Positions 52,353 through 61,593 of a stretch of DNA of 64,000 nucleotides are shown piece after piece. The DNA comes from Bdellovibrionota bacterium (GTDB lineage Bacteria; Bdellovibrionota; UBA1018; UBA923). Below the pieces are notes generated by a model, which was not told the DNA's origin, did not search any database, and worked only from the letters and a program-made list of their open reading frames with translations. The translations under genes were made by a program, and so were the position numbers. Each line of letters opens with the position of its first letter. Within the stretch, counting starts at the first letter, position 1. The stretch is taken from contig JBFMCE010000003.1 in assembly GCA_040754655.1 (NCBI GenBank), positions 1 through 64,000 of the forward strand. The letters run 5' to 3'.

Positions 52353-52914
52353 GAAAGATTGCATTCTTCGCGATGTCATGGTTTTCGACCTTGATCAAAT
52401 TCTCGAGTGGCGAAACTCAAGCCGCATCCGCCTGAATATGTTTACTGATCACGAGATCACTCGTAGCGAGCATCTTGGGTGGTTTGAGCGCCAAAAACAT
52501 GACCCGAAAACGAGGGTAAAGTTATTCGTTTACAAAAGTGGCCCTGCCGGGATCGTAACGTTTTCAGAAATCGATCCTGATTCAGCGAGCGCGAATTGGG
52601 GATTCTACTTAGGCGAGACGGAGCTTCCGAAGGGGTGCGGCCTGGCAATGGGTTTCTTGGCTTTGAACTTTGCGTTTGAAGAGATCGATTTGTCACGGGT
52701 TCACGGCGAATCCTTTTCATTCAATGAGGCCAGCGTGGGTTATCACCGCAGGCTTGGGTTCGTAGGCGCTGAGCCACGGTTTAAGCCTTTGCTGAAAAAT
52801 GGTAAGTACGAAGAAATAGCTTCATTTGTTTTATTGAAAGACGCTTGGTTGCGTCGGAAACCTGAAATTGAACAGCGTATTTTTGGAGAGGTTTTATGCG
52901 AACCATCAGCATAG
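52342..52914 (+). CDS. pseH: UDP-4-amino-4,6-dideoxy-N-acetyl-beta-L-altrosamine N-acetyltransferase
   Basis: ILEWRN..IR.NM....I...EH..WF, WGFY, N.AS..YH..LGF; TTG start after GGAGG. Confidence 0.82.
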   Translation: MLDRKDCILRDVMVFDLDQILEWRNSSRIRLNMFTDHEITRSEHLGWFERQKHDPKTRVKLFVYKSGPAGIVTFSEIDPDSASANWGFYLGETELPKGCGLAMGFLALNFAFEEIDLSRVHGESFSFNEASVGYHRRLGFVGAEPRFKPLLKNGKYEEIASFVLLKDAWLRRKPEIEQRIFGEVLCEPSA

Positions 52915-53945
52915 GCGACAGGAAGATCGGGGAAGGGCAACGCCCCTTCATTATCGCCGAAATGTCGGGTAATCATAACCAGTCGCTGGAAAAGGCATTG
53001 GCCATTGTTGATGCGGCCGCCGACGCGGGCGTGCATGCGCTGAAGATCCAAACTTATACGGCCGATACCATGACGCTTGATCTCGCTGAGCGAGAGTTCG
53101 TTATCAAAGATCCGAAGAGTTTATGGAACGGATATTCGCTCTACAAATTGTACGAGGAGGCGCATACTCCTTGGGAGTGGCACAAACCCATTTTTGAACG
53201 GTGCCGTGCGCGAGGGGTAATAGGTTTTAGCACGCCTTTTGACCGAACTGCTGTTGAATTTCTCAAGACTTTGAACGTTCCTTTTTACAAGATCGCGTCT
53301 TTTGAAATTACGGATCTACCCTTGATCGCGATGGTGGCTCGCACCGGGAAACCCATGCTGATGTCGGTGGGCATGGCTACGGCTGAAGAAATTGAAGAAG
53401 CTGTTGCAACGGCGCGTGCGGAGGGATGCGAAGAACTCGTGCTGCTCAAATGCACGAGCAGTTATCCGGCGAGTCCTGAGCACACGAACATCAGTACGAT
53501 TGCTGATATGCGAAAAAGATTCCAATGCAATGTGGGGCTTTCAGATCACACTATGGGAGTTGGGGTCGCCGTCGCCGCCATTGCTTTTGGGGCCACGGTC
53601 ATTGAAAAACACTTTACGCTTTCTCGGACCGAGGGCGGAGTGGATTCCGCATTTTCTCTCGAGCCTCATGAGATGAAGAGCCTTGTGATCGAGTCTGAAA
53701 GAGCTTGGCAGGCGATTGGAAGCGTGAGCTATGGCCCGACCGAAAAAGAGAGGCCATCTTTGCAGTATCGGCGATCGATATACATCGCTGAGGATCTGCG
53801 CGCAGGCGATGTTTTGAATGCGAAGAACCTTCGAATCATCCGTCCAGGCTTGGGGCTTGCGCCAAAGCACTATCAAGAACTCTTGGGTAAAGCTTTGAAG
53901 AGAGATGCTTCAAAAGGCACCCCAATGAGCTGGGATTTGGTATGA
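52896..53945 (+). CDS. pseI: Pseudaminic acid synthase (with C-terminal SAF domain)
   Basis: IIAEMSGNHNQSL, KIQTYTADTMT, AHTPWEWH, KIASFE, SDHT, IEKHF, RRSIY...IRPG.GL.P. Confidence 0.93.
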   Translation: MRTISIGDRKIGEGQRPFIIAEMSGNHNQSLEKALAIVDAAADAGVHALKIQTYTADTMTLDLAEREFVIKDPKSLWNGYSLYKLYEEAHTPWEWHKPIFERCRARGVIGFSTPFDRTAVEFLKTLNVPFYKIASFEITDLPLIAMVARTGKPMLMSVGMATAEEIEEAVATARAEGCEELVLLKCTSSYPASPEHTNISTIADMRKRFQCNVGLSDHTMGVGVAVAAIAFGATVIEKHFTLSRTEGGVDSAFSLEPHEMKSLVIESERAWQAIGSVSYGPTEKERPSLQYRRSIYIAEDLRAGDVLNAKNLRIIRPGLGLAPKHYQELLGKALKRDASKGTPMSWDLV

Positions 53946-54568
53946 CGGCAGTGAGTCGAATCGTTCTTTTGGATACCGGCATCGGCAACATCCAGTCGGT
54001 TGCAAACGTCTTGGAATACATTGGCGCTCATTTCTGGGTCTCAGATAAGATCGAAGATTTGTCTAAAGCAGATAAGATCATTTTTCCCGGCGTAGGGACT
54101 TATGGCAACGCCATCAAGCGCATGAAAGAGAAGGGGCTCTTTGAGCCGCTGAAACACGCGATGAACGTCGATCAAAAACCTAGCCTTGGTATTTGCGTAG
54201 GCATGCAAGTTCTTTCGGAAATCGGATATGAGTTTGGTGAGCATCAAGGTTTAGGGATTATTCCTGGAAGCGTCAAGAGGCTGCAAACTGCCGATCGAAA
54301 ACTGCGCTTGCCCCATGTCGGTTGGAACGACGTGAGTCTTAACAAGGACTCCGCCCTTTTTAAGGATATTGAACAAGGCGCATCGTTCTATTTCCTGCAC
54401 AGCTATTATTTTGAGCCCTCTGATCGTTCAAACATTTCTTGCACCGTAGATTACGGGCAAAGGTTCACCGCCGCGATCGAGAGGGGAAATGTTTTTGGCG
54501 TCCAGTTCCACCCTGAAAAAAGTCAAGGCCCTGGCATTCAACTGTTTAAGAACTTCGTGGAGATGTGA
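53942..54568 (+). CDS. hisH: HisH-like glutaminase (WbuY-type), copy 2
   Basis: PGVG, GICVGMQ, PHVGWN, FYFLHSY, QFHPEKSQ. Confidence 0.9.
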   Translation: MTAVSRIVLLDTGIGNIQSVANVLEYIGAHFWVSDKIEDLSKADKIIFPGVGTYGNAIKRMKEKGLFEPLKHAMNVDQKPSLGICVGMQVLSEIGYEFGEHQGLGIIPGSVKRLQTADRKLRLPHVGWNDVSLNKDSALFKDIEQGASFYFLHSYYFEPSDRSNISCTVDYGQRFTAAIERGNVFGVQFHPEKSQGPGIQLFKNFVEM

Positions 54569-54574
54569 CGAGAG

Positions 54575-55387
54575 ATGCTAAAGCACAGGCTTATTCCGTG
54601 CCTATTCTTGAGAAATGGGGTTTTAGTTCAGAGCAGGGGCTTTAAGCGCTACCAAATGCTGGGAAATCCAGTGGTCGCCGTTGATCGCTACAACCAGTGG
54701 GGGGTCGATGAATTGATTTACATCGATATTACGCCCGGAGCCTATAGCGGCCTGAACCGCGAGGACGTCGCTTCGCCGAGTCGCAACAACATTTTAGATA
54801 TCATTCGTGACGTCTCGAAGAAGTGTTTCATGCCCCTGACTTTTGGCGGTGGGGTGCGAACCTTGAAAGACATTGGCGATAGGCTCGCTTGTGGCGCAGA
54901 TAAGGTGACGGTCAACACGGCGGCCTTAGATGATCCCAAGTTCATTTCAGAGGGTGCAAAAGAATATGGCTCGCAGTGCATTATCCTCTCGATCGATGTC
55001 AAGAGGGCGGAAGATGGTTCTTGTCGAGTTGTGCGCAGTGGCAAAGCGATGACTGATCTTGATGTGATCGAATGGGCTAAAAAAGCTGAGGGACTGGGGG
55101 CGGGAGAAATCTTCCTCAATTCCGTTGATCGCGATGGATCAGGACAAGGTTATGACCTTGAGTTGGTTCGTACGGTCGCACGCTCAGTAAACGTGCCTGT
55201 CATTGCTTGTGGAGGAGTCGGAAACTGGGACCACTTGGTAGAAGGCGTCAGGCAGGGAGAGGCTTCGGCAGTAGCGGCAGCCAATATTTTCAGCTATAAA
55301 GAACAAAGCATTATCGAAGCAAAACAGTACTTGATCAAATCCGGCCTGAATTTCCGTCCTGACGGAGCGGGTGAAGGAGTCAAATAA
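54575..55387 (+). CDS. hisF: HisF-like cyclase-fold subunit (WbuZ-type), copy 2
   Basis: RLIPCLFL (catalytic Asp absent), DELIYIDI, PLTFGGG, GADK, GAGEI, SVDRDG. Confidence 0.88.
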   Translation: MLKHRLIPCLFLRNGVLVQSRGFKRYQMLGNPVVAVDRYNQWGVDELIYIDITPGAYSGLNREDVASPSRNNILDIIRDVSKKCFMPLTFGGGVRTLKDIGDRLACGADKVTVNTAALDDPKFISEGAKEYGSQCIILSIDVKRAEDGSCRVVRSGKAMTDLDVIEWAKKAEGLGAGEIFLNSVDRDGSGQGYDLELVRTVARSVNVPVIACGGVGNWDHLVEGVRQGEASAVAAANIFSYKEQSIIEAKQYLIKSGLNFRPDGAGEGVK

Positions 55388-55391
55388 AGCC

Positions 55392-56513
55392 ATGCAGTAT
55401 TGTTCACGTTGTGTTTATCCAGAGATCGCGGTCAACCTTCTCTTAGATGATGAAGGGATCTGTTCCGCCTGCCGGTCTTATGAAGAGTTTGAAAAGCTTC
55501 CACTTGAGTTCTGGAACCAAAGAGAAGTTGCCTTTCGAGATCTTTTAGAGAGCTATCGCAATAAGAAACAAGACAACTATGATTGCATCATTCCGGTTTC
55601 GGGCGGGAAAGACAGCTATTGGCAGACCCATCTCGTAAAAAATGTTTATAAGCTGACTCCGTTGTTGGTGACCTATCATGGCAACCGTTTTCTTCCCGAA
55701 GGCGAAGAGAACCTCAATAACATGCGGCATGTCTTCGGAGTCGATCACGTCATTTTTCGCCCAAGCACCGAAATGTTGAAGAAACTCAACAGAGCTGGCT
55801 TTAAGAAGACCGGAGACATGAATTGGCACAACCATTGCGGCATTTACACCTATCCGGTTCAAATGGCGGCTCAACTCAATATTCCTTTGATCGTTTGGGG
55901 TGAAACACCTTGGGATATTTCTGGCATGTTCGGGGCCAACGACTTCCCTGAGATGAGCGCGAGAGAGCGCCTTGAGCATGGGCAGCGCGGTTTTGATTGG
56001 CACGACTTCGTGGGCGTGGAGGGGCTTGAGGCTAAAGACTTGCTCTGGGCGCGTTACCCAAGCGACGAAGAGATCAAGCGCGTGGGGATTCGCGGCATTT
56101 ACGTCGGCAACTTTATCAAGTGGGATGAGAACAAGCATTCCAAGCTGGTTGAGGAGAAGTACGGTTTCCAGAAAGCCAGGCAGCCCTTCGAGCGTACGTA
56201 CCGGCTTTTCTCGAACTTGGATGATATCCATGAAAATGGCGCGCATGACTATCTGAAGTACATTAAATTTGGCTATGGCCGGGCTTCGGATCACGCTTCA
56301 AAAGATATCCGCAAAGGTTATATGACCCGTGAGCAAGGTATTGAAATGGTCCGAAAATATGACGCCGTCAAATCGAGTGATACCTACAATTGGCTTGAGT
56401 ACGTGGGGATGAGTGAAAAGGAATTTGATGAAATAGCCGACACGTTTCGCGACAAACGGGTCTGGCGGAAAGATTCAGCGGGCAATTGGGTCAAAGACAA
56501 TCTTTGGGATTGA
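55392..56513 (+). CDS. N-acetyl sugar amidotransferase (WbuX/PseA/WbpG family), copy 2
   Basis: CSRC...CSAC, PVSGGKDS, WGE, HDYLKYIKFGYGRA. Confidence 0.88.
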   Translation: MQYCSRCVYPEIAVNLLLDDEGICSACRSYEEFEKLPLEFWNQREVAFRDLLESYRNKKQDNYDCIIPVSGGKDSYWQTHLVKNVYKLTPLLVTYHGNRFLPEGEENLNNMRHVFGVDHVIFRPSTEMLKKLNRAGFKKTGDMNWHNHCGIYTYPVQMAAQLNIPLIVWGETPWDISGMFGANDFPEMSARERLEHGQRGFDWHDFVGVEGLEAKDLLWARYPSDEEIKRVGIRGIYVGNFIKWDENKHSKLVEEKYGFQKARQPFERTYRLFSNLDDIHENGAHDYLKYIKFGYGRASDHASKDIRKGYMTREQGIEMVRKYDAVKSSDTYNWLEYVGMSEKEFDEIADTFRDKRVWRKDSAGNWVKDNLWD

Positions 56514-56519
56514 GACACG

Positions 56520-57518
56520 ATGATGAAATATGAAGATATCAGCCCGTCTTCGCTCTTAGGCGATCAGAATGCGGCGATGATGCAAGATGTTGCAATGCTA
56601 CAAGGGAGGCGACGAGAGTTCGTCGAAGTCGCTTGTCCAGCGTGCGCGGGTTCTCGGCGCACGTCTCTGTATGAGAAATATGGGATGCAGCACGTTGCCT
56701 GTGGTGATTGCGAGACCCAGTATATTTCGCCGCGACCCACCACCAAGGTATTAAGAGACTTTTACGCGCACTCAAAAAACTACGAATACTGGGCCAAACA
56801 CATCTTTCCTGCAACAGCCGAAGTGAGGCGAGAGCGCATTTTTAAGCCCAGGGCAAAGCTCATCGCGGATCTCAGCCGGCAGCACGGCGCAAGACCCGGA
56901 CTTCTCATGGAAGTCGGAGCAGGTTATGGCTTCTTTTGCGAAGAGATAGGCAAACTTCAGGTTTTTGACCGCGTTGTTGGCATCGAGCCCACCCCTCATT
57001 TGGCCGAGATCTGCCGTAAAAAAGGGATTGAGACGATTGAGTCGGTAATCGAAGACGTCAACCTTGAGGTGAAAGCCGATGTGGTCGTCAATTTCGAGGT
57101 CATCGAGCATCTCTTTGACCCCCATGCTTTCTTGGCTGCATGTCTCGAGCGACTCAATCCTAAAGGGCACTTGATCTTGACTTGCCCCAATATCGCGGGC
57201 TTCGAAACACAGATGCTCAAGAGGTCTTCTGACACGATTGACCATGAGCATTTGAATTATTTTTCTCCTGCTTCCCTGAAAAAACTGGCGGAACGAGTGG
57301 GCTTTCAAGTGATTCGTGTGCAGACACCGGGTGTGCTTGATGTGGATATCGTGTACCAACGGCTGAAAGACCAAGTGAAGGAAGGTATTGAAGTAGATCC
57401 TTTTATCCAAAGAATTCTCTTTTCCCAAGATGAGAGCTTGCGCGATCAGTTCCAGAAGTTTTTGACTGAAGCAGGGCTTTCATCGAACATGATGCTGATC
57501 GCGCAAAAACCTCGATGA
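56520..57518 (+). CDS. Class I SAM-dependent methyltransferase with N-terminal zinc ribbon
   Basis: CPAC...CGDC, MEVGAGYG, GIEP, FEVIEHL, HLNYFS. Confidence 0.85.
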   Translation: MMKYEDISPSSLLGDQNAAMMQDVAMLQGRRREFVEVACPACAGSRRTSLYEKYGMQHVACGDCETQYISPRPTTKVLRDFYAHSKNYEYWAKHIFPATAEVRRERIFKPRAKLIADLSRQHGARPGLLMEVGAGYGFFCEEIGKLQVFDRVVGIEPTPHLAEICRKKGIETIESVIEDVNLEVKADVVVNFEVIEHLFDPHAFLAACLERLNPKGHLILTCPNIAGFETQMLKRSSDTIDHEHLNYFSPASLKKLAERVGFQVIRVQTPGVLDVDIVYQRLKDQVKEGIEVDPFIQRILFSQDESLRDQFQKFLTEAGLSSNMMLIAQKPR

Positions 57519-59122
57519 AGGCGTTCTCTTTACTGAAAAAAATCTGCAGGCGCGTGCTTCTTGATTCTGACGAACGTCATTTCGCACGCCACCAGGCTGA
57601 ATACTCAAAGCGTTTGCTGAAGAATACGAAGCAGGACAAGAGGCGCATCCTCATCGACTTCTTCGACTCGAATTTAGTGGTTTACAGTTCAGGCCTTACT
57701 GCGCGTTATCTTGCGAGCAAGCTCAATGCCTCGATCGATGGTTTCCTCTTCGCTCGTGGCTGGGCCGGAAGACTCGGGATCCCGAGCCGAAGAATCGAGA
57801 AACTTTATGGGGCTTTTGGGGCGCGACCTAGGCTTTCTTTCAAAGAAGGGGAAAGGTTTTCGAAAGAGGCTCAAGAATACGCCGATCAGACGTTCTCAAG
57901 CCTGAAAAACAAATGGGATGTGGTCAACCTTTCAATCGATGGGGTGAAGATCGGTGATCTCGTGTATGACACCTACCTTCGAGCGGGCCGCTGGACCGTT
58001 GACCTCGCCGATCCGAGGCTAAAAGAAATCCTTTGCGACGCTTTTCTGATCTTCAAGCTTTGCAGAGAGTACTTCCGAAACCACGACGTCTGCGCAGTCA
58101 TTACCTCTCACTGCGTGTATATTTCTCATGGCATCTTGGTCAGGGTCGCCAGCACTTTCCGAGTTCCTGTATTTTTCGTCATGGACCCTTATAAATTCCA
58201 AGTCGTCGAAGTTCGCGAAGATAACAATCACTATCATTTTTATTACCACCGCTATAAAGAGCTCTTTGCGCGATTTAACGAAGTTGAAAAACAAAAGCAT
58301 CGCGACGAAGCAAGAAAGGTTTTGCTAGAGCGGCTGTCAGGCAAGATCGACAGCGGGATCGCCGACATCCTGGAAGACGGTAGACCCGGATTGCACGGTT
58401 ATGGCGCATTTTCAGAAGGCCGCTTGCTCAAAGAGACGGGGCGCCCTCGCGTGATCGTCATGCTCAATTGTTTTCTCGATGCCCCTCATTGTTATCGCGA
58501 CATGCTCTTCCCTGATTTTTGGGAATGGATCAACTTCGTGCTCAGTCGCGCTTCTCAGACATCGTTTGATTGGTACGTAAAGCCCCATCCCGGAGGTCTT
58601 CCTCAGAACGATCTTGTCTTGGAAGAACTCAAGAGAAAATACCCCAAAGTGAATTTCCTCGGTCGGTCTGCGTCGAATCGGCAAATTGCCGCAGAAGGAA
58701 TCGACGCGATGTTCACGGTGTTCGGCACCGCGGCCCATGAGTTTGCTTACATGGGCATCCCGGTCGTGACCGCGGGAGACAACCCTCACGTCAACTATGG
58801 GTTTAACTTTCATCCTCGCACGGTTGAGGAGTACGAGAAATTCATCGCGAATGCCGGTCATTTGAAGATCGAGATCGACAAAGCCGAGATCGAAGAGTTT
58901 TTTTACATGCATTACATCGATGCGCATCGACCGAATCCGTTCGGTGCGATCTGCGTTGATGATTCTTTGAGCTCGCAGGTTGTTGGCGCCCGGGTCAATC
59001 ATCCAAGCATACTCAAGGATTACGTCAGGACGGAAACCCAAGAGAAACTGCAAAAATTAGAAGCTTATTTGGGTGATTTTTTTGGGAACTATTTCCCTCA
59101 GATCAAAAACGAGCCTGGCTGA
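57515..59122 (+). CDS. Capsule-synthesis-like GT-B protein (candidate nonulosonate transferase)
   Basis: SHCVY, FFDAPH-like FLDAPH, FWEW, VKPHP, GTAAHEFAYMGIPV; last gene of the pse operon. Confidence 0.55.
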   Translation: MKAFSLLKKICRRVLLDSDERHFARHQAEYSKRLLKNTKQDKRRILIDFFDSNLVVYSSGLTARYLASKLNASIDGFLFARGWAGRLGIPSRRIEKLYGAFGARPRLSFKEGERFSKEAQEYADQTFSSLKNKWDVVNLSIDGVKIGDLVYDTYLRAGRWTVDLADPRLKEILCDAFLIFKLCREYFRNHDVCAVITSHCVYISHGILVRVASTFRVPVFFVMDPYKFQVVEVREDNNHYHFYYHRYKELFARFNEVEKQKHRDEARKVLLERLSGKIDSGIADILEDGRPGLHGYGAFSEGRLLKETGRPRVIVMLNCFLDAPHCYRDMLFPDFWEWINFVLSRASQTSFDWYVKPHPGGLPQNDLVLEELKRKYPKVNFLGRSASNRQIAAEGIDAMFTVFGTAAHEFAYMGIPVVTAGDNPHVNYGFNFHPRTVEEYEKFIANAGHLKIEIDKAEIEEFFYMHYIDAHRPNPFGAICVDDSLSSQVVGARVNHPSILKDYVRTETQEKLQKLEAYLGDFFGNYFPQIKNEPG

Positions 59123-59754
59123 CGTTCTTTTACGATGCGTGCCGGAGTTCCGACGGCAACTACGTTTTGGGGAATGTCTTCCACCACCGCAGCACCCGCG
59201 CCGATGAGCGCATGCTCGCCCACATTGATCTGATGGATGATCGAGGCGCCAAGCCCCACCATCGACATCTTGCCGATCTTGCAGTTGCCTCCGAGAGTTG
59301 CACCGGGTCCGATGCTGGCAAAGTCTTCAACCGCGCAGTCGTGGTCGATGCTCGAAGCCGTATTGACGATGCAATGAGAGCCTATTTTTGTTGAGGGGTT
59401 GATGCAGGTCCCGGCCATGACGACGCTTCCGGGTCCGATTTCCACATCTTTGCCAATTTGCGCACTGGGATGGATGGCGACTACAAATTGAAAACCTGGG
59501 GCCAAGCGCCCGATTCTTTCAACAAGCTTTGACCTCGCCCAATTGTCGCCGATGGCCACGATCCCTTGAGTGACTTTGAATTCACCCAATCGAGACTCTG
59601 GGCCTAAAACGGGGTAACCAAGGGCTGTGGCCGTCTTTACAGAATCGTCGAGGATACCGACGATCTTGTACTTGCCTTGTTTTTCCAAGATATCGATGAT
59701 GACTTTGGCGTGGCCGCCCGCTCCAAAGACAAGAACCGGTTCTTTCATTCCCAT
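59098..59754 (-). CDS. neuD: NeuD/PglD-family hexapeptide-repeat acetyltransferase
   Basis: GAGGHAKV, AIGDN..R, IHPSA, IDHDC, hexapeptide repeats, GTPAR. Confidence 0.85.
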   Translation of the reverse strand: MGMKEPVLVFGAGGHAKVIIDILEKQGKYKIVGILDDSVKTATALGYPVLGPESRLGEFKVTQGIVAIGDNWARSKLVERIGRLAPGFQFVVAIHPSAQIGKDVEIGPGSVVMAGTCINPSTKIGSHCIVNTASSIDHDCAVEDFASIGPGATLGGNCKIGKMSMVGLGASIIHQINVGEHALIGAGAAVVEDIPQNVVAVGTPARIVKERQPGSFLI

Positions 59755-59848
59755 ACCTATAAATTGGCGCTGATGATAACGCCAAAGCTAACGAATTGCA
59801 GTCTGAATATCTAGTAAAAAAGCCGAGTTATGGCTATAGATAGAAACT

Positions 59849-60898
59849 ATGAAGAACTGGCGAGATGCTTTGGTCAGAACGGATTCCACGGTTCGGGACG
59901 TGATTCAGAACCTGAACACAAGTCGAATTCAAATCGCTCTTGTGGTCGATTCCAACGAGACTTTGCTGGGCACAGTGGTGGACGGGGATATTCGTCGCGC
60001 GATCCTGAAAGGAATACCCCTTGAATCCAATATCAGCGCGATCATGAACAAGTCTCCAAAAACCGCGCGTACGCAAGAAACTCGCGAAGAGATTCTCGCG
60101 AAGATGAAGAAGACCAAACTGCGCCATTTTCCGATCGTTGATGAGAAGGGCCGAGTCGTGGGGCTTGAGCTCTTGGAAGAGCTGATGCTTCCGGCCCAGA
60201 AGAACAATGAGGTTGTGATCATGGCTGGAGGAATGGGCAGCCGCCTCGGCGAGTTGACGGCTGAGCGCCCAAAACCCTTATTGAATGTCGGGAATAAGCC
60301 TTTGCTTGAAACCATTTTGCTGAGTTTTAAACAGCAAGGATTTTTTAAGTTCTCGATCTCGGTTCACTACAAGGCCGATATGATCGAAGACCACTTCAGG
60401 GACGGCTCAGACTTGGGAGTGCAGATCAAATACCTGCGCGAAGACCAAAAACTAGGCACGGCAGGCGCATTAGGGCTGATCGAGGAAAAACCCCATTTGC
60501 CTTTTGTCGTCATGAATGGCGACCTGCTGACGAAGGTCAATTTCGAGCGGCTTCTTGAAACCCATGAAGAGCAAAAGGCGGCGTTGACGATGTGTGTGCG
60601 CGAATATGACCTTCAAGTCCCGTACGGGGTTGTTCGCCTTGAGAACCAGAAGGTCGTGGGGATCGATGAAAAACCTGTTCAGCGCTTTTTCGTGAACGCT
60701 GGCATCTATGTGCTTGATCCATCAGTACTCGAGTTTATACCAAAGAATCAGTCTCTCGATATGCCCGCGCTTGTCGAGACTTTGATCAAGAGTCGGTTGA
60801 AGACGGTGGCTTTTCCGGTGACCGAGTATTGGCTTGATATCGGGCGCCACTCTGACCTTGAGCGCGCCAAGGATGAATTTCTCGGAGAGTTCAAGTGA
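59849..60898 (+). CDS. CBS-domain nucleotidyltransferase (PtmE/LegX-like sugar-1-P guanylyltransferase)
   Basis: CBS pair (DGDIRRA) followed by IMAGGMGSRL, PKPLL, LGTAG, NGDLL, WLDIG. Confidence 0.85.
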   Translation: MKNWRDALVRTDSTVRDVIQNLNTSRIQIALVVDSNETLLGTVVDGDIRRAILKGIPLESNISAIMNKSPKTARTQETREEILAKMKKTKLRHFPIVDEKGRVVGLELLEELMLPAQKNNEVVIMAGGMGSRLGELTAERPKPLLNVGNKPLLETILLSFKQQGFFKFSISVHYKADMIEDHFRDGSDLGVQIKYLREDQKLGTAGALGLIEEKPHLPFVVMNGDLLTKVNFERLLETHEEQKAALTMCVREYDLQVPYGVVRLENQKVVGIDEKPVQRFFVNAGIYVLDPSVLEFIPKNQSLDMPALVETLIKSRLKTVAFPVTEYWLDIGRHSDLERAKDEFLGEFK

Positions 60899-61593
60899 TT
60901 CAAGGGAAGAAAGTCCTTGCGGTCATTTGCGCTCGCGGAGGCTCAAAGGGCATTCCTCGTAAAAATATCCGGGCGCTTGGCGGAAAACCGCTCATTGTTT
61001 GGAGCATCGAAGAGGCGAAGAAGTCACGCTTTATCGATCGTCTTGTTCTCTCATCCGATGACCAAGAGATCATTCAAGTTGCGGAAAAGTTTGGTTGCGA
61101 AGCGCCATTCGTGCGGCCGGCTGAATTGGCTGGTGACGAAGTCTCGGGAGTAGATCCTGTTTTGCATGCCCTTAAAGAGTTGCCCGGTTATGACTACGTT
61201 GTGCTGTTGCAGCCGACTTCACCCTTTCGAACGGCTCAAGACATCGATGGTTGCATTGAGCTTTGCTTAGAGAAGAGTTCTCCATCGTGCGTCAGTATTG
61301 CCGAGGCCGAGCAGAGTCCGTATTGGATGTTTAGCCTCAATGAAGGTTTGTGTCTTTCGCCTTTATTCGACCTGAAGTCTATGCCAACGCGCAGGCAAGA
61401 AGCCAAGACCGTGTACTCGCTCAACGGAGCGGTCTATGTCGCTAAGACGGACTGGCTTTTGAAAACGAGAGGTTTTCTGACTGCCGAGACATCGGGGTAT
61501 CTCATGCCAAAAGAGAGGTCGCTTGACCTTGATGATGAGCTCGATTGGGATGTGGCACAAGCACTGCTCGCTCGAAAAAGGGGAGGCGCGTGA
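60895..61593 (+). CDS. neuA: Acylneuraminate cytidylyltransferase (PtmB/LegF-like)
   Basis: ICARGGSKGIPRKN, PFVRPAELA, LLQPTSPFR, RRQ, NGAVY, DLDDELD. Confidence 0.88.
   Translation: MIQGKKVLAVICARGGSKGIPRKNIRALGGKPLIVWSIEEAKKSRFIDRLVLSSDDQEIIQVAEKFGCEAPFVRPAELAGDEVSGVDPVLHALKELPGYDYVVLLQPTSPFRTAQDIDGCIELCLEKSSPSCVSIAEAEQSPYWMFSLNEGLCLSPLFDLKSMPTRRQEAKTVYSLNGAVYVAKTDWLLKTRGFLTAETSGYLMPKERSLDLDDELDWDVAQALLARKRGGA

Noticed and set aside
47311..55387. Histidine biosynthesis operon
   Set aside because: Only HisH/HisF paralogues are present, next to sugar amidotransferases, and both HisF copies lack the catalytic Asp.
55545..59053. Long antisense ORFs (249, 218 and 213 aa)
   Set aside because: They fully overlap well-supported plus-strand genes and show no recognisable motifs.
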